DNA of 64,000 nucleotides from Azolla caroliniana (taxonomy: Eukaryota; Plantae; Polypodiophyta). The DNA is taken from positions 310,001 through 374,000 of the forward strand of contig JBHGNT010000020.1 in NCBI GenBank assembly GCA_043228905.1, given 5' to 3'. The position numbers and the translations under genes were made by a program. Under the pieces are notes generated by a model. That model made no database searches. It was given only the letters and a program-made list of their open reading frames with translations, and was not told the origin of the DNA. Numbering within the stretch: the first letter of the stretch is position 1; the number at the start of each line of letters is the position of its first letter. Positions 1 through 12,085 of the stretch are shown one piece after another.

Positions 1-3000
1 ACAAGTGTCCCACCACAAGGATCTCCGGTTGGCCGAATGTTGATTTCTCACCTGAGAAGGTCAAGCGTGCATCTTCGAGTCTTTGTAGAACCTTCTCACA
101 ATCGGAGATGTGATATGCCACAAAACGTCTGCACCCATCCTCGTCCAAGGTTTCATCTTTCTCTGCTTCAGAGCACCCTTTTATGGGGATGTCATTGAGG
201 AACGGCATGGTGATGTCGGGGATGCAATCTCTCAATACCTTGTTCATTGCATTTACCATGTGGGCTACAGAGTTAGTGCCTCCTTGTGGCAAGGTACACA
301 TTCGCACTAGGCCGATAGGGGTCCGCATCGTTGTGATGTCCCTACTCTCCACAGCTAGTTGGAATTGATCATACCCCGAGTATAGATCACCAATCGAATA
401 AATAGACCTTCCAGCGAAGGCCTCGGCGAATTCGTCAATGCTCGGTCCAACCCCAGCATTTCGAATTGTCACTTGATTAATAGGTTGTAGGTCCTGGATG
501 AAGCGTAATGTGTCGTTCTTCTTTGGCACGGTGAACCACCGATTCGAGTACGGGGCGGGGCGCTTGATGGCTCGAGGATACCCATCTCCATCTTTTCCTT
601 GAGTAGCTCAATCAACTTCGGGATGTGAGCTCTCAGAACGGGGATTGGCTTGATGTTCCACGGTACATGTGGCACCGTAAAGATCACCATTGGCTCCACG
701 ATCTTAGGGTTTACACACCCTATCTCACCCGACGAGAAGGCGAAAGCCCTTCCGTGGTTTTCGATCATCCTTCTGAATCTTACCTCCTCCCTAGGCAATA
801 GGAAGCCACCCCCACCAATCCGGAGCTTCTGTTGCGTCTCGTCGGTGAACCGGTGCCCTATGCCTCGTGGGTCCCGCAAGCTAGGATCAGCCTCTACCCC
901 CTTTATCCGATCCCAACTATCGTTATGCAATGGGGCAGCCATAGGCTTCACCTTCTTGTCCACGGTCTTGTACTTTGTTTGCACCTTGACCGTCCTCGCT
1001 TCCTCAATCAACCGCCCCAACTCTTCGATGGCGGTGTACATGTCAATTGAGTTGACTGGAATTACCTTGTCTTCATTGAGGCCCGAAACGACTACCCTCT
1101 CCATCTCTCTAAGAGTGTCGTCGAACGAGACCGCCTCCATGGCGCCGCTTATGGTGTCATCTTCCCCCAATAAATTACATTGTTTGAGATACCTTTCGTA
1201 TCTCTTGGCCCTAGACTTATCTCTATCACTTAAACTAGTAATTTTACAAGCTCCATTTTCGGAGAACCAAAATTGTTTCCTATTACATTTAATAGTTTTA
1301 CAAGGGTTTAGGGTCTTAGTTTGCCTCGGGCTATTGCGGCCCCACTCTTTAATAGCCCAAATCAAAAATCCTCTCGGCTATCCCCTTTGAGGGAGGCTCG
1401 ATTGCGCTCAAGGTTGGGCCTCACCGTAAGGAATTGAACCGAATGCTTCCCATCTTGGCTCTTGACCCTCGCATATGCTGACCCGTTGTCTAGCACCTTC
1501 GTCTCCATGCGAGCCGCCGTGATGTATGGTTCACCCAAGATGACCGGGTGCGAGGACGTCTCTTGAACAAAGAAATGTTGATCTATTTCTACGTCCCCTA
1601 CCTTCACACGTACATTCGGGCAAGCCCCGTATAGCTCCTCGGTTGCTCGGGTCGCCGCTCTAATCTTCCACCCGTGCTTCGTGTTGATCGGCCACTTTCC
1701 CTTTTTATAAAAGTCCATGGACATAAGGTTGATCTCAGAGCCATGCTCGATCAATGCTACCACCGGCTCTTTTACATCTCCGACCCGTACCGGTGTCTCC
1801 GTTGTCGCTCTCGCCCAATGCGGCCTCGTGTAGTGACTGTCCGCATAGACTTCGTCTCCCTCGGGAACCTCAGTTGACAATGCATTTACAATCGCGGGTT
1901 TTGCCACTTATTGCTCCGTCGAGAGCCGCTTCCTCTTCATTAGGTCGATGATGACCTCGTGGAATTCTTTCTTGGCAATTCCGAGGACTCTCGCAGAGTA
2001 AACTCTACGCGACTATCGAGGATCCTCTCCTCCACCACCTTCTTCAAGTCCGTTGCTTGTTCGATCTCCGAGCAAAGCTTGAAGTTGGGGGGATTCCCCT
2101 TCTCTTTCCATCTTTCGTCGTGTGCTTGAGACTGGTTCGGCTCTTCCCTTCTTCGTACACCTCGAGCGTCGTATTTCCTTGATGGACCGGCTCCCTCGTC
2201 ATTTCCTACCTTCTTCTCTTCTACCATTACTTCGTAGTTTTGGCAAGCGGCTTCCACTAAGCCTGTCTTTTCTTCCACCGGATCCTTCCACCCGGTTGCT
2301 TCTTGGACCCTTCTTTCCGCTTCGTCCGCTTCTTCTCTTTTGAACTTCCCCTTAGAGAGGCTTCCAAGGATTGACGGCCAAAAGTCAAACTCTTTCTCCT
2401 CTTGCCTCCTCACCTCTTTCCCCACTCGGATCCCAGCCGACGCCGAGTAGTTGATGGCTTCAACATGTCGTGCTTCGGCCTCCTCCATTAGCCTTCTCAT
2501 GCCCCCTCGGCCTTGATTCAATCCCAAGGGGCGCCTTGTCTCCGTCGAATAGACCCTATTGTTCCAAAGATAGACAGTATCCTTTCTTAGGGCCTCTTGA
2601 AAGTATCCACACTCCCTTCGTAGGTGGTCGGGGTTGTCGCACCACATACATCTTTGCGCGAACGGGGGACGTCGATCTTGAGGGCCGCCACTCTCTCTCC
2701 TAGCTTGCGCTATTTGGAGATCTCGCACCATATTTGTGAGCTCGTCTATTGCCGACCCTCCCGACGATGCTTCAACCACGTTTCTCTCGGGGACGAACCT
2801 TGCATTTACTTGCTCTCTTTCTTGAGGTATTCTACCACCCCTGGGTTTGTGTGTTTCACTAATGGAGCCTGTGGATGTTTGGCCGCTCAACGGAGACCCG
2901 TCATTCCATTCCCTTCTCTTATCGAAGCGGCTACAAACCCGTTTTACCATAGCCCAATCCGTCGTGAGCCCATCATCAGTTTCGAGGAGGGACCCCACCT

Positions 3001-3485
3001 TCTCTCGATCTCGTGCATCAATAGTCTTTATGAATAGTAGGACCTTGCTTGTGTCAAGCACCATCCTATCGAGCGTCGAGAGTCACGCGAAGCGCTTCTC
3101 AAATTTCTTGTAAAAGTACCATAGTATTTCTCCCCTTGCCGAGAAGCTCAACCCACTCCATTAGATCCCTTTTCGAAATTCTGGGTGAGTCATCAAGGCC
3201 GTACTTCTCGAGGAGTCTTTCTTCGAACTACACCCAATTGCAACAGTTCGCTTGGATCTCGAGTACCTCCGCGTGGATACTCGGCGTTACCACTCTAGCG
3301 AATCCGGTTAGCCGCCTATCTTCGGGGACGTTTCGCATAAGCATTTTGGCCTTATAGGCATCCAAGTAGCTCGTGATATCTCTTCCATTGAACCGACCCG
3401 TTGTGCTAACCACCGTCTCTATGGATCGGTCTACGTCGGTGATGCCTTCTCGGGCATTTACCAAGCGGTCCGCCGCCGCCGCCAT
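1..3485 (-). mobile_element. Ty3/Gypsy LTR retrotransposon gag-pol remnant (gag, CCHC knuckle, aspartic protease, RT), interrupted by stops/frameshifts and truncated by the window edge
   Basis: Minus-strand ORFs: 3228-3485 and 1940-3064 (gag-like, CMWCDNPDHLRREC zinc knuckle); 1362-1907 (protease-like VALIEHGSEINLM...PVILGEPY); 469-1365. RT motifs read below 550 (WFTVPKK, DLYSGYDQ, LPQG, PFLNDI). Protease-then-RT order is the Gypsy order. Confidence 0.9.
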
Positions 3486-3789
3486 CGCTTCAGCGAGTTC
3501 TCCTCTTCACATTTGGTTCTCCCTTGCCGCACGTGTGTTACTTGGGCGGGACCACAGGGGTCTTGGACTAGGGAGTACTCAAGGGATAGAGAAGACCCGA
3601 GGTTTGCTTTACAACAATACTACTTCCCGACCCCTTCCCGAGCAACGTCTCGTTGCCCTTTGTTTTGTGAGGCCGGTGGCTCTCGTTGATCACGACTCAT
3701 CGACCTTCCAAGATCACCGCACGAGCCAAGTGACCAAACGGGTACAAGCAAGATGAGCACGCAACATGAACGCACAAGGGGATGATAAC

Positions 3790-4120
3790 ACAAACACGAA
3801 TGCCCGTACATCTTTATGAGGAGGAGAGGTGCATGGGCACGCTCGAACGCTCCCTCGTCACAAGACATCGAACGTACGAGGAAGACACAAAACACATGCA
3901 CAAAATGCTCGTACGCCTTTATGAGGAGGAGAGGTGCATGGGCAAGCCCGAACGGTCCCCTCGTCACAAGATGTCGAACGTACGAGGAAGACACAAAACA
4001 CATGCACAAAATGCTCGTACGCCTTTATGAGGAGAAGAGGTGCATGGGCAAGCCCGAACGGTCCCCTCGTCACAAGACAGCGGAACGTACAAGGAAGACA
4101 CAAACACACACACAAATGCT
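3790..4120. repeat. About 106-bp tandem repeat, ~3 copies, in the 5' leader of the Gypsy element
   Basis: Unit ACACAAAACACATGCACAAAATGCTCGTACGCCTTTATGAGGAG...GAACGTACGAGGAAG recurs at ~3885 and ~3991, with a diverged copy from ~3790. Confidence 0.85.
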
Positions 4121-4274
4121 CGGACGTTGGCTGATCAATATGCCTTCGAGGGTACGGATCACTTCAATCCCGAGGAAGTAATGAAGGTCCCCCAGATCCT
4201 TCATGTCGAACGATGCCGCAAGCTGGAGCTTCACGCGGTTGATTTCACCTAGGTCGGCACCGGTCATGACCAAG

Positions 4275-7200
4275 GGCAGAAAGGGAAACTCATGAACGTG
4301 TTGCACGTTCCGACAATCACGAAAAACCTGGTCTCGGTCGGACAGATCGTCGACCAAGGGATGGAGATTCGGTTTACACACCTCGGGTGCTTCATTGAGG
4401 AAGAAGGCCGTATGATTGCGCAAGGGCGCAGAGACGGGAGGATGTTCATCCTCGACTCCACTGACGGCGGCACTGCAATGTTCGCGAAGTGAAGAAAAAC
4501 CGAGTCGGACATCGACTTGTGGCACAAGCGGATAGGCCACGTCAACTTACCAGCGGCTTCAAGATCTGCAATCGAAACAGGTAGTGTTCGGATTGCCCAA
4601 ATTTAGTGGCCGAAAGGCACAAATTTGTGAAGCTTGCCAGCTCGGGAAGCAACACCGACTTCCTTTCCCCAACGAGCAAAACCGGAGACGGAATAAGCTC
4701 GACCTTATACACTCCGATGTATGGGGGCTGGCACAAAATGTTAGTCTTGGCGGGAGCCGATATTTCGTCTCCTTCATCGACGACCACACGTGGCACACGT
4801 GGATCTACCTCCTTGAGAGAAAGAGCGAAGTCTTTGATTGTTTCTGTGACCTCAAAGGGTTCGTGGAAACGGAAACAGGATGAAAGATCAAGTGCCTGCG
4901 GTCGGATGGCGGAAAAGAGTACTTTTCCGGTCAATTCAACGGTTATCTACAACAAATGGGAATTCGCCACGAATTCAGTTGTAGATACATGCCGGAGTAG
5001 AACGGCGTGGCCGAGAGGAAGAATCGGTCAGTTGTGGAAGCGGCACGGGCAATGCTGGAGGAAAAGAGCTTGCCCAAGTTCTACTGGGCCGAGGCGGTAA
5101 GGGCCGCGGTATATATCCAAAACCGGATCAGAGACAAAGTGTCGGCGCACGAGCTATATTTCGGAACAAAGCCGAACTTGCGACACTTGAGGGTGTTCGG
5201 TAGCATTGCGTATGTGCATGTACCGGAGGAGAAAAGGAGGAAGTTGGACACAAAGGCCGAGAAATGCATCTTGGTCGGTTACTCGGACGAGCAGAAGGGT
5301 TATAAGTGCTATAACCCTCGCACCAAACAAGCGCGTGTTAGCCGCGACGTTGTGGCTGACGAGTCCGCGTCCTGGTACCAACCCCCGACTCTGAACCCCG
5401 AGTCCAATCCGTGTTTTGACGATGAGGTCAGCGAGGCCGAGATGCCTCCGGATGAGCCCGAAATCGAGACCCGCGAAGAGAGTCTGATTTCACTCCGGTT
5501 AAGTGGACCGATTGGACGACTAAGTCGGTACAACCAGTCCGATGAAGAGTCGGCGAGTAGTGGAGACTCGACTGTGCATTCCCCGCGCAGGAAGCCGAGG
5601 AGACGGCTTACGCGCAAAGAGAAAGGGAAGAAGAAGGTGTCGAATTCCGGCACAGATAAGAACGAGTCAGACCGACGTGAGTCCGACTCCGAGGAAACTG
5701 GTGACGGGTCTTTAAAGGTGAAGACCGCATCGACCGAGAAGGCCTCGACATCGGCTAATGATAGATTACGCCGATCTACCTGCTAGAAGAATCTTGTTTT
5801 GCGGTTCGGATACAACGAGTACATGGCGCATCATTATGCATACATGACCGGTGTAGCGGAAGTGCGTGAGCCGGAGAGCTACGCAGATGGAGGAAGAGAT
5901 GCAGGCATTGGCGGAGAACGAGACCTAGAACCTGGTTGACGCACCAACAGGGGTAAAACCGATCGGGTGTAGGTGGGTGTACAAAGTCAAGTACAACAAC
6001 GATGGCTCGGTCAACCGGTACAAGGCTCGGCTAGTGGCAAAGGGCTACGCGCAGAAACACGGCATCGACTACGATGAGACATTTGCGCCAGTCGCGAAAA
6101 TGACGACCGTCCGTGCTCCGCTCGCAGTAGCCGCGGCCAAGGGGTGGCACTTACATCAGATGGATGTAAAGAATGCGTTCCTGCAAGGTGACCTTGAGGA
6201 ACAGGTGTACAAGGTACAACCCCCCAGATTTCACTCCGGAACGAACTCCTCGGCAGTATGCGGACTGAAGAAGTCCCTTTATGGACTGAAGCAAGCCCCG
6301 CGTGCCTGGAACGCGAAGATCACGCAACAACTGAGTCGGTTGGGCTTCGTCACGTCAAAATCGGACTCTTCCCTGTTCATCTGAAAAGGTCGACTCGGAC
6401 CGGTTAGTATTTTACTATATGTTGATGACTTGGTCATCACCGGCGTTGACCTAGGTGAAATCAACCGCGTGAAGCTCCAGCTTGCGACATCGTTCGACAT
6501 GAAGGATCTGGGGGACCTTCATTACTTCCTTGGGATCGAAGTGATCCGTACCCTCGAAGGCGTATTGATCAGCCAACGTCATTACGTGTTGGGTATGCTC
6601 TTCAAACTCGGGATGGCCGACTGTAAGTCCGTCTCGACTCCTCTGGACAGAACCATCAAGCTTCGTCCCGATAAGGGAAAGGTATGCGACCCGACGAGGT
6701 TCTGGAAAATTGTCGGAAGCCTCATATACTTGACCATCACCCGACCCGACCTCAGTTATCCAGTTGGGGTGATCAGTCAGTTCATGGCATGACCTACCGA
6801 GGAGCACCTTTAGTGTGCGCAACGCGTACTGCGGTACGTAAGTGGCACTAAGGACCGAGGATTGCTATATCGGACCGGTGCAGCCGCGCAGTTAGTTGGC
6901 TACACCGATGCTGATTGGGCTGGCAACACCGCCGATCGCCGATCCACGTTCGGATACGCGTTCTCCCTCGGGAGTGTCGCGATTGCGTGGAGCAGTAAGA
7001 AGCAGCCGACAGTTGCACTATCGAGCACCGAAGCTGAGTACTGAGGAGCGGCTATCGCGACATGCGAAGACATATGGTTGAAGCGGCTACTTAAGGACCT
7101 GCACGTGGAGGTGTCAGATCCGACGACGATCTACTGCGACAACCTCAGCAACATCCAGCTCGCGAAGAACCCCGTTTTCCACGCACGGACCAAGCACAAT

Positions 7201-8281
7201 GAGGTGCACTACCATTTCGTCCATGAGCGTGTCCTTTCCGGTGAAGTCGAACTTCAGTACGTGCCGACGGATCGGCAGACTGCCGACATCTTCACAAAGC
7301 CGCTTGGTCTGGACAAGTTGCAGCAATTCTCAGGTGCGCTCGGGTTGCGTCACCTCGACGTGCCATACTTGAGGGGGAGAACAGTCCCGAACGACCAAGC
7401 AAGGCAGCAGGAAAGGAGCGGAGACCGCGACACCGAGTCCGAGTCGGTTGACTCGGTTGTCGAGTTCGAGTTCGGATCAGCTGAAGAAGCCGAGGGCGGA
7501 CCCAAGGAAAAGTCCGAAAGCGGACAGAAGGGGAGCAGCCGAAGGAGAGAGCCAATGCCAACCACGCATGGGGGAGATGACGCAATCGAGGACGAGAAGA
7601 CCGAAGACGAGTTGGAGACAGCCAACTCGGACGAGAGCGAAAACCGATCGGAAGTAGCCGAGTCGGTTCGGATGTTTGATTCAGACACGTTGAATCAACC
7701 GAGGCCCAAGTGGAAGAAAAGGCAGCAGAAGAAGTGTCGACACCGCAACAACAGAAGAGCTGATAAGGGTCACATGAGTAGACAAGCCGACCGTAAGGGT
7801 CGAAGCGCGCAGAGTCGAACAGGTTGAGGAGCGCGAGCGAGGCGTGAAGCCAGGAGGAACCGGAGCTGTGAAGATCTTGAAGAGCCTCAAGTTGAGCTTG
7901 AGGGGGAGTGTTGAGAGACAAGCTCAACATCGGCCGAATGGGCTGAAGAAGCCGAGGACCGGATCGACTGGGACCGATCGGTTAGGCCGTTAGGAAAGAT
8001 ATTCCGTGAGGAATATATTTGGGAGTTAGTGTAGGAGCTCTTAATGAGCATTGAAGTACTGTTAGTACTCTAGTCAGTCCTTCTAGGGCTTGTACAAAGT
8101 GTTCATTGAACACATATATGTATAGTTTTTCGTCTTTAAATATATATTCTCCTTTTTGTGTCTTCTCTCAATCCCTCTCGGTCTCTCCCGCGTATACAGT
8201 GTAAGCTCAAGCTCTCCATTAAACCTAAGTGTTCTCCCTTCTGTTCTGCCTTTATACATGCTTCCGCACGCAACTCTTACA
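4275..8281 (+). mobile_element. 5'-truncated Ty1/Copia retrotransposon (GAG-pre-integrase, integrase, RT, RNase H, PPT, 3' LTR), pseudogenised
   Basis: LWHKRIGH and CEACQLGKQHR; LIHSDVWG...FIDD; AERKNR; [10 protein letters not shown]; [10 protein letters not shown]; LLYVDD; YTDADWAG; STEAEY; IYCDN; ADIFTKPL. PPT TTGAGGGGGAG at 7898-7908 followed by TG at 7909. Confidence 0.92.
7909..8281 (+). repeat. 3' LTR of the first Copia element
   Basis: Starts TGTTGAGAG directly after the PPT. A candidate end CTCTTACA at 8281 is roughly complementary to the start, so the right boundary is approximate. Confidence 0.65.
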
Positions 8282-8499
8282 ATATATAATTCTATCTCTA
8301 TAAATTTATAGCATGTCTCCCCTCTACCTTTTATCTCTCCTCTCTCTTACTTTTTGCACGAGCTTCTATACCTTTCTTTTCCTTTTTATTTTGCATATGC
8401 ACAATTAATCGCTTTTGTGTGCACACACATTGCACATGCACATTTTTGACCCCCCTTTCGCCGGTTTTTCCCACCCTCGAGCACGCCACATCACGACAA

Positions 8500-10243
8500 C
8501 GGTAGAATGGTGAAATGCCTTTGGACCGACAACGGGGGAGAGTTTAAGTTTGAAGAATTTGTTATATTTTGTCGACAACGCAGCATCAGATGTAAATATA
8601 CGACACCACATAGTCCAAAGTAGAATGGAATTGCCAAGCGAATGAAGTGGACAATTCAGGAACGGATAGTATCCATGCTCCAACACACCAGACTATCGGA
8701 TGGCTTCTGGGTAGAGGCCCTACTTATGGTAGTACATATAATCAATATGTTGCCAAGTAGACCTCAAGAATTATGGACCAACAATAAGCCGAATTACGAC
8801 AAGCTATGGATTTTTGGATGTGACGCATATGCCCTCAGATCGAAGGATCACTGAAAACTCAAACCGAGGTCCATGAAATGCATTTTCCTTGGATATGGAC
8901 CACAAGGCGAGATCGGATACCGACTTTGGGACCCTGAGCACACAAATCGTCCGAAGTTCGAACGTAGTGTTCAATGAGTCGGTTATGCATAAGAGAACTG
9001 AAAGACCTATTGAAGTCCGAAGGGTAACTTTTTCCAATGTGTCGACCCTTCATGACAACCCAACTCATAACGCAAGGTCGGCTTCACGGGTAGCCGAATC
9101 CGCTAGCACCGACTCGGCTCCGACTAATTTGGCACAACTGAATGTTTCGGCTCCGAACCATCCGACTCAGACACCCGATGCGACTAGCCCATCCTTACCT
9201 CGAAGATTTGAGATACTGTCGCAACCCCTATATAGGTATTCTCCTGGAGCCTTGTTCCTTCTTATCTCTTTATACATTTTCTCATATGCATGTGCAAATC
9301 GTTGCACATCCCCATTTTACTCGCCCTACCCGATTTTCTCACCATTTCTGAAAATCTTAACGACAGCGGCGAAAGAAGCTTTATGGCTTGATTGATTGGC
9401 TTGTACATTTCGGCATGCCAATCCGAATTCGGCTCCAATTGTATACATCGACAATCGGGGAGCTATCGGTTTGTCAAAGTATTTGGTACACCACAACGCC
9501 TCGAAGCAATATCGAAGTTCGATATCATTTCATTCAGGATTGCGTAACCAAAGGGAATTTCGGCTTGGGGAAGATATTCACAGCCACCAATGTTGCAGAT
9601 GGGATGACCAAGTGTCTTTCGGTTAGCAAATTTCCGTCACTAAGGCACCATATGGGCATACGAGAAATTGAACCAGTCGATCCGGAGACCGCGACTTCGG
9701 CCCAATCAACTCGGACACAAAGATGACCTCAGCTTGGTAGATTCGGCCAATTAGATTCGGCTCAGTCAACTCCGCATCTGGCATTCGGGGTAGCTGATCC
9801 GGCAATTTAGGGAAAACAACCGACTAGTGTTATCATCTCTTTGTATAATCTGTATATTTGTTTTCTTTAGTACAGATTCCTTGATGTATGGGGGAGTGTC
9901 GAATAAAGGAATATAATGGCCGTATTCACATTCTCCCATTTGGACAAAGTAGTTTAGAACATTTTGGTAATAAGGCCAAAGGACAGTTACCCTAGTTCGG
10001 TAACTATATAACTGACTTTGTAACCGAGTTAAAGGAGACACCTCCATTCTTTTGTATCTTCTTGAACTAGAATAACACAATTACTTGTGTATGCCTATCG
10101 GTCTCTCTTTGTTGTTCGTATTAATCTTGTTAAGTTGTCATGACTCATAATCTAATGTTATGTTCATCTTGTTTATCTCTATCAATCTATTGTTCTTCAC
10201 ACTATAGCGTTCTTCTTGTTACCATTGACGTCCTTGTCTCCAA
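8500..10243 (+). mobile_element. Internally deleted Copia remnant (integrase fragment joined to RNase H fragment, PPT, probable LTR)
   Basis: TDNGGEF, FWVEAL and LWIFGCDAY (integrase); IDNRGAI and NVADGMTK (RNase H). RT is absent. GGGGGAG-TGTCG junction at ~9890-9901. Confidence 0.7.
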
Positions 10244-11072
10244 CTGTGGGGAGCTTAAAGGAAAAAATAAGTTAAACTAGGAATAACAAAAAGGTTGAAT
10301 AATAGAGAATGGTTATGACAAGAGGGACATATAATGAATGATTGGAGTGGTGGACATTATGAATAGCCTTTTGCTAGCATTAGCTCCTAAAGGAACGGAG
10401 GAGAGTGCAAGTAGGAAAAAAAACATGGTGCATGCTAAAATAAATAAAAAGCACCCACTATTTTTGTTTGGGAGAGCCTCTCGAATCCTATAAAATGATG
10501 AAGAGAGCTCATTGTTAAGGGGGGGAAGCTAGAAACAAGGCAGAAGCATTGTTAGAATTCAAAGAAAGCTTAGGGGTTACAAATTAAGAGGGTGTGCAAG
10601 ATCAACAACAACCAAAGGCAACGTGGTCATTGTTTGTCGAGACGTTGCACCAAAACTCAAGGATTACCCCCCCCCCCTAGTTCTACTCGTGATTTATTCT
10701 TCTCCATATACTCTTATCAACTTAATCTTCTTTCTTTTATCTCTTGAGCACTACTAAGCTAAGAATATTCTTGTTGTATTTACACGCTCTCACGAATGTA
10801 TTATTACTTTAATATAATTTATGTTTCAATTACCTTATGCAAATCTGTGTTAAAATTAATCGTGGTCAAACAAGGAGTGCGTTGAAAATTTTGACACTAA
10901 ATTCTGAGCTATCATGGATACACCAACCATGGACTCGGACAGAGCATGGATGATGGGGCTACGAGCGTGGAACTTAAGAAACTGGGAAGGACACAAGAAC
11001 ATGAAGACAGAGATGAAGAAGGAGACAAGATGGAATGGAACAAGAAGACTAGATTGATGTGTCAATGGTTGG

Positions 11073-12085
11073 TGTTGAATCCCTTGAAAGGGACCAAGGA
11101 CGTTACAAGTATTTATATCGTGAGCTAAAGTACATGCATTAGAATATTCCAGAACCCTAAACCTTCTAGGTCTAGAACTTTCTAGAGGTATGACTAGAGA
11201 GTATTTCTAGATCAAGTACATTATATATAAACATGCTTATAACAAAATGGTTGAGCATGATATCTTGTTGATGTGAGGTTGCAAGTTCAATCCTCACCAA
11301 CTATGTATTTTTATGTCACTATATTGTGACATTATCCTCCCCTTTGCGGTCACCTTTTCAAACGCGTGGTATAAGGGTGAGCTAAAAGAGAAAACCGAAG
11401 TAGATTGGAACACCAACATGAGTGAGTGACTATGTACGGTCCTCACTAGGAACTGGAACACGAACAAGCATGAGCAACCATGTGCGTTCTTCATCGGGAA
11501 CTTCAACACTAGCTGGCATGAGCGATCATGAGCAATCCTCATCAGGAATAGGAATACCAACAAGCATGAGTGACCATGTGGCTCTCACCGGGAACTAGAG
11601 CACCACCCAGTCAAGTAGTGCAGATGAAGCAATCAACTCAACTTTCTATCAAGAGAGGGCACTAGCAAGAAACTGACGTGATCCCCACTAGGAAAGTGAG
11701 CGGTTGTGATCCCCACCGGAACTAAAAGGTGAGCAATCGAAATTGATCATTGCCAAAGGAAAGTGGAGCGAAACTTGAACCAAAATGAAATTGGAGGGCA
11801 AGCAAGCAATGATTCGTTCAATCCCCACTAGGAAAGGGATTGGTTGTAACCCCCATTGGAGCTGGGAAGGTGAGTGATCAAAATCGATCCTCATAGTGTG
11901 AAACTTGAACCCAAATGAAAATGGGGTGCAAGTGAGCAATGATTCAATCCCCACCATGAAAGTGAGCGGTTGTAACCCCCACTAGAAATGTGAAGGTGAG
12001 CATTTGAAATCAATCCTCGCCAAAATCGTGATGCAAAATGATACCTATAGATGATGACAATGACGAGTACCATTAAAGGGTGATG
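11073..12085 (-). mobile_element. Probable 3' end of an LTR element on the minus strand (LTR ~11073-11331, PPT, repeat-rich internal region)
   Basis: TGTTG...TGACA segment followed by TTATCCTCCCCCTT (reverse complement AAGGGGGAGGATAA, PPT-like). Degenerate ~130-bp repeats (ATCCCCACTAGGAAAG...) at 11680-12010. Confidence 0.45.

Noticed and set aside
650-1390. 246-aa plus-strand ORF and other antisense ORFs over retroelement pol genes
   Set aside because: Antisense shadows of gag-pol coding sequence with no independent motifs.
10245-10885. Possible solo LTR
   Set aside because: LTR-like composition and a TG start, but I could not establish a matching end or TSD.
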